Assembly: GCA_964188305.1 (NCBI GenBank)
Contig: OZ076903.1
From: Podarcis bocagei
Lineage: Eukaryota
Strand: one strand, 5' to 3'
DNA length: 64,000 bases
Made by a program: the position numbers and the translations under genes. Shown here one piece after another: positions 1 to 64,000 of this stretch. Position 1 is the first letter of the stretch, and each line of letters begins with the position of its first letter. The notes under the pieces were generated by a model. The model saw nothing but the letters and a program-made list of their open reading frames with translations, was not told the DNA's origin and did not search any database.

Positions 1-408
1 TAGCGTTGCCGTAGAACTAAAAGAACAATAAGAGCTTACGCAAAGAGTTTACATTATGTTAAATTTATCAATGGAGGAAAGATAGTGTCATCAACAGTTG
101 CTGCTGTTGAGAATGAGTTTATTTTATAAGCCTTTTCTTCTCTCTGTGCTCAGAGGGGTCTATGCAGCTCTGAAAGCCACTTCATGCCTCAAACAATGTG
201 GGCATTAGCACACCAGAGCTTCTGCCACAATACATTTGTGAGACTTTAAGGTGCCACTGGTCTTGACTTTTGCTTGCTTGCTTGAGCTATTCCTGATTGT
301 ATACTGTGTTTATATTGCAAGGACAGGGACTGGACTTTTAAACCCTACACAGCTACGTGTTTGGAACTCATCCCAAAGATGGAGGAACTCTACCAGTATA
401 TAATTTAC

Positions 409-540
409 ACCAGGTGTTGGGAGCCTTTGGCCTTCCAGATGTAACAGCTCCCACCACCCCTGGCCGTTGGCTGTGCTTGCTGAGGCTGATGGGAGTTGTA
501 GATCAGCAACATCTTGAGGGCCAAAGGCTCACCACACCTG
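409..540. mobile_element. Short hAT-like hairpin MITE (related copies ~21130-21270, 28369-28498, 41563-41700)
   Basis: caggtg...cacctg termini; internal ctccca.ca / tgatgggagttgtag inverted pair. Confidence 0.6.
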
Positions 541-716
541 CTTAGTGAGGTCACCGATGCTTGCATATGCATCATGCCCATACAGAGATGACACTAACAC
601 TGTCTGTGAGCGAGACTACCATCTTTGATAATTTTCCTGGTGGTTGGGGATTAAGAGGGGTGGCTAGAGCTTTGGCCAACCAAAAAAGAATTGTACAGGT
701 GTACCGCTACTTATAC

Positions 717-903
717 TAGGGTTGTCATATTTCAAAAAGTTGAGTTGTTGGTTTTTTGCAACATCTCCCCCCCCATCAAGTTTTTTAGCTGTTTTTTAGG
801 AAATCAGGCACTTTGACTAATTTTCAAAAATTCCACCCAAACGCCGTTTTTGGCAGATGAATCCCGGCTATGTTTGGGAAATTCTGGACGAATGGCAGCC
901 CTA
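717..903. mobile_element. hAT-type MITE
   Basis: TAGGGTTGTCAT...ATGGCAGCCCTA termini; related ends at ~28240 and ~45008. Confidence 0.6.
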
Positions 904-2334
904 ACTCACGCACAATTGACTCATGCACAAAGCACCAAGAAATAAATAACTTGGTTCGAACCTTGAAATGGCGGGAGAGAGCTAATGAGCCCTCATGGCT
1001 CATGAGAAGACCCTCCCTGGAACCCAAAAAGGACTTCAGCGAGGGCAGAAGAAGCTTTGAAGAGACCAAAGACACAGCGGGGCTTTGTTTAGGCTGCTCA
1101 GCCTCCCCGCCTAACAGCTGATGCACGTGGTAGCACAGCAGCCGGAGCTGCTTTTCTGCACATCCTTCAGCCTCCAGCCAGTCCCAGAGCTTCAATTCCA
1201 GTAGTGGATATTTTTGGACGCAGTGTTTTTTGGTGTGGATTGGAGAGAGAGCAGCAGAGAGGGTGTTTAAAGAGTGTTTAGAGGGTGCTCCCCACTTAAC
1301 GGTTTTTGCTTATGTGTGCAGGGCCTAGAACGTAACCCCCCCCCCCCGTGCAAATGAGGGGATGCCTATATCAGCAGTCCCCTGGTGGATTGCAGTCAAT
1401 ATCCCCTTGCTACATCTTGCACGGTTTGCATCAGCTTCGTAGATAGCTGGCTGCTTTCAAATGCATAAATGAAGAGGAAGAGATGCAGAACAAGGAGGCG
1501 AGTGCGTGTGTATTTGCTCAGCTCTCGCCCCTGAAGTTGCTTTTTCCTCCCACAGGGTTCAGCCAGGATATACTTTGTCCTGGCTGCCTTCCAGCAGCAC
1601 AAATGTAACTCTTGCTCTGTACACGTCAAGCTGAGCTTTGTACCCGGCTTTTGCAATGCTTATTTCAGCTGCCGCTGCTGCTTCTGCTCGGAAAACTGGC
1701 GGAGAAGGGAAATGCAGCCCAAGCTATTTACGGGACGAGCTCTTGTGGGAAAAGAATCTTTCACCAAAAAGGAAAAGAAACCCACCCATTCCCCCTGTAA
1801 GGTTGAAGCACACATCTGTTTAGGTGTGTATAAAGTGAGCTGTCCCAAATTGCAACATCGTTAGTTGCAGAAGAATTAGAATTTCAGCATTTATATAGAA
1901 AATATTAATTTAAATATATTGCAAATATGAATTAATGTTTGTAGAATCCTTGTAAGGGAGGCCAGCATTATTGCCTCCTTAATGTAGATACAAGTAGTAT
2001 GAGGAGTTGAAATAAAAGATGATTGCTCAAGATTACTTACTGAGATGGTATGCGCACTCTGAGCCATTGAACTGCACCTTCGCAGCAGATACATAGCCTG
2101 GCTAGATGTTTTCATTTCCCCCCTTTTTAAAGACTCTAACCAATTTTCTGAAAAGAACAGCAATAAGCTATTCTTTTTCTCAATTCCGATAGAATCTGGG
2201 GGTTTTTTTTGGGGGGGGGACGCAGCAAAACAGAGTGTTTCATAAGGAACAACAGGATTGGTATACATCTGTGGCTATTGTTGTGTGTATACCACTTCCC
2301 AAAGCAGCAGTTGGATGGCACTAGATTTAGAGTA

Positions 2335-2584
2335 CAGTGGTACCTTGGTTGTCAAACGCCTTAGTTGTCAAATGAATCAGCTCCTGAATGTTGCAAGCCT
2401 GGGAGCGAGTGTTCCAGTTTGTGAACGTTTTTTGGAAGCCAAATGTCCAGCACAACTTCAGCAGCTTCTGATTGAGTGCAGGAAGCTCCTGCAGCCATTG
2501 AAAGCTGCGCCTTGGTTTTCGAATCATTCTGGGCATCAGACGGACTCCCAGAACAGATTAAATTCAAGAACCAAGGTACCACTG
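2335..2584. mobile_element. Mariner-type MITE family B
   Basis: TIR CAGTGGTACCTTGGTT; internal ctgattg..tgcaggaagctcctgcagcca shared with 3577, 17075 and 54453. Confidence 0.8.
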
Positions 2585-3419
2585 CAAACTGGAAAAAACG
2601 TGTTCCCTTCAACTTGCCTTGTGGCACACACCATGGAAACGGTTGTCTGCAAGTGACATAATACTTCAAGGGATTTAAGACAGACTCTCCAGGTTCAGAT
2701 TCCAGATTTGGGGGAGATGGGCCAATTTTGGGCCACCTAAAATGGTCCAAAAGGATATTGAATTTGAATTCGCCAGCATTCAGTTTTTATATGCTGTTAT
2801 CTTACCATTATACTTGTTTTATGATTGCGTTTTTATTTTAATGATACTGTTTTTTGTTTTGCTGTTGTATACTGCTTAGATATATAAAGAAATATTAAGC
2901 GGTTTGCAAATGCTGCTGCCATTATTATTATTATTTTTATTATTTTTATTATTATTATTATTGCCTCCCAGCTTGACCACACCTCTCCTAGTGCAAGTTG
3001 GGCTCTTCCTCAACCACTTGAATGATCCCTCTTTCCCTGACTGACCACGTGGGTGATTCTTTGAGGGTGGTAGTGAGGAGGACCCAACATCAACCACACA
3101 AACGTCTCAACCTTACAGTTTTAATCTGGGAAGCATATGGATTAACCTCTGAACATCCACCAGGCATCTGAGCCATTAGTCTAGGTTTTCCAGACTAATT
3201 TTGTATTGGACCAAGATAGGTCCATCCACAATTAGCTTTGGCTATGATTTTTTTTTTTAACAGACAGCATGAATCTGCATTATATTTAAGCACTGTTAAG
3301 TTTCACTGCTGTGGGAGCAAGGAATGCTACCACATTAAAGTCATTTTATTATTTATGCATTTGTTATCATTATATCTCCCCTTTTTCCTATGGAGACCTA
3401 GGTGTGAGAACTGCTAGGT

Positions 3420-3420
<1 letters not shown>

Positions 3421-3480
<60 letters not shown>

Positions 3481-3494
3481 GATAGATAGATAGA
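3421..3494. repeat. (GATA)n microsatellite
   Basis: Directly visible. Confidence 0.98.
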
Positions 3495-3576
3495 TCCCAC
3501 TGAGTATTTGGGTATCTGATTTTCAGATAAGAAAAGGTTTAGAAAAGGGAAATAAAAGATCCCCAGAAGTAAAATA

Positions 3577-3816
3577 TAGTCAAACCTTGGTTGTCGACTG
3601 TAATCCGTTCCAGAAGCCTATTCAGCTTCCGAAATGTTGGCAACCAACGCATGGCTTCTGATTGGTTGCAGGAGCTTCCTGCCCTCCAGCGGAAGCCTCA
3701 TTGGATACTTGGCTTCCAAAAAATGTTGAAAAAATGGAGCATTTGCTTTCAGGTTTTCAGCGTTCGGGAGCCGAAACGTTCCCGAATGGAGGAGTTCGGG
3801 AGCCAAGGTTTGACTG
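3577..3816. mobile_element. Mariner-type MITE family B
   Basis: agtcaaaccttgg...ccaaggtttgactg-ta. Confidence 0.78.
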
Positions 3817-5054
3817 TAACAAAAAGAGAGGTCTAGCGTGCTATGACATGACACATCTATTAAAGGCACCTGAGCTCTGCCCCGCCATAGAGCCTCCCAT
3901 CCGAATGCTGGCCAGACCAGACTTGCTTAGCTTCAGCAAAATTTTCTGTACCCTGTAACTTCAGACCATGCTGTGGAAATTGCTCTGTTAGTCCTACCGT
4001 GTTTGGGGGGGAAGGTGTGGGATTTATTTACAGTTTAGATTTAGCTGCGTTACAGTAACACCCCCAGTCCTCCTTCATGCCTTGGCCCTATGTTAAATGT
4101 CAGTTGCCTAATTTTAGATACATGTTGATGCCGCTACGAATGCTCTAAACAGCACTCCTGCACTGACATGTAAAACATTATATATATATGACAGTTGGCA
4201 GTGACTGTGTGGATAAGTATATTGTTACGCTCTCCCAACTGTTTTCCAAGTGGTGCGAAGTTCCAGGACTGCAGTGACCTTACTCAGGTTTGGTTCATTG
4301 GAGGCTTCTTAGGATTTTGTGATTTCTGTGCCTATTTACATATATACACATTGACCAAAGGAGGAGTCACACCTTCAGTTCTCCAACCGGCACCCCAAGT
4401 CCACTGCTCCTGCGTCAGGTTTCTGCTCCAGGGAGACAGAACCCCAAAAACACATTCCAACTTAGATTACAGTTTGCCCCATCGTTTGCTTCACAGATTA
4501 CACCATCCTTGGTCCCCAACAATTTCCTAGCCATTGTTGGCCCATTTACCCTGCAGTTTTCCCAGCAAAGGAGATTTTTTGGACAACTTTCCTTTGATTA
4601 TTAAGTCAGCTTCCAGCCCTATCTGATAGTTCCATTGAACCTCCCTTGTCCAAGCTACCAATCCCACAACACTATGAAGTATTTCCCTGGAGGTTTATGG
4701 ATTTATTTATTTTTTTTCTGGGGCAACTGTATTTTTGTGAGAAAATAACCACATATGCTGTGGTGGGTTGAAAAGCTTGTGGATATGATCAGAGAAAACA
4801 CTATGTAATTTTTATCCTGTGTTTTCATGAGATACGTGAATTCCAAAAAGCAGTCCGTGCATCAGTGGCCCATTGACGAAGTTTTCATGAAACACTGAAA
4901 TGCAGTATCTTCTTCAGAAGTGTTATTACGCTGACATAAAGACACAACTCTAATACTGCTTGTGAAGGACTTAACCAACTTGTCCTCAGTTTCCTATTGA
5001 TACCAAATGTGGATGATTAATATTTTGTTTCTTCTTTCCTCTTCTCTCTTCTAG

Positions 5055-63848
<58,794 letters not shown>

Positions 63849-64000
63849 GTGAGATGGGCTCTGCCTGCTACAAAAGGGGGTGGGTGGGTTGTATTTTATT
63901 GGTTTCTCAAAAACATTTTCCTCTTGTTTCATAAATGCACCGCTTGAGACAGATTTCTGTCTTACAGGCAAGTTTTCACGCAGGTTGTTTTTGGAATTTG

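Overview
Vertebrate genomic DNA, most likely from a squamate and probably a lacertid lizard (inferred from Sauria/Squam1 and Squam3 SINEs). The window lies inside the + strand ABCA1 gene (cholesterol/phospholipid exporter). I traced 26 consecutive coding exons equivalent to human exons 3-28. All have GT-AG boundaries and join in frame (3975 nt, 1325 codons), covering TM1, ECD1, TMD1, NBD1, the R1/PEST region and the start of the second half. The canonical start-codon exon and the 3' half lie outside the window. Introns are dense in mobile elements: Sauria and Squam3 SINEs, many TA-flanked Tc1/mariner-type MITEs, hAT-type MITEs, L1/L2 fragments and four Penelope-like insertions. Main observations: (1) the Penelope-like insertions are inverted repeats that carry minimal hammerhead ribozyme motifs, and their inversion breakpoints fall at the ribozyme; (2) intronic DR4 LXR-element candidates, one nearly identical to the human ABCA1 promoter LXRE; (3) a SINE tail supplying the exon-10 polypyrimidine tract; (4) a possible alternative or decayed exon-2-like segment near 1.7 kb; (5) clustered TMD1 substitutions; (6) inverted repeat pairs flanking exons 6-7 and 22-23. 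Exon numbering and protein comparisons rely on my recollection of human and chicken ABCA1; no database searches were run.
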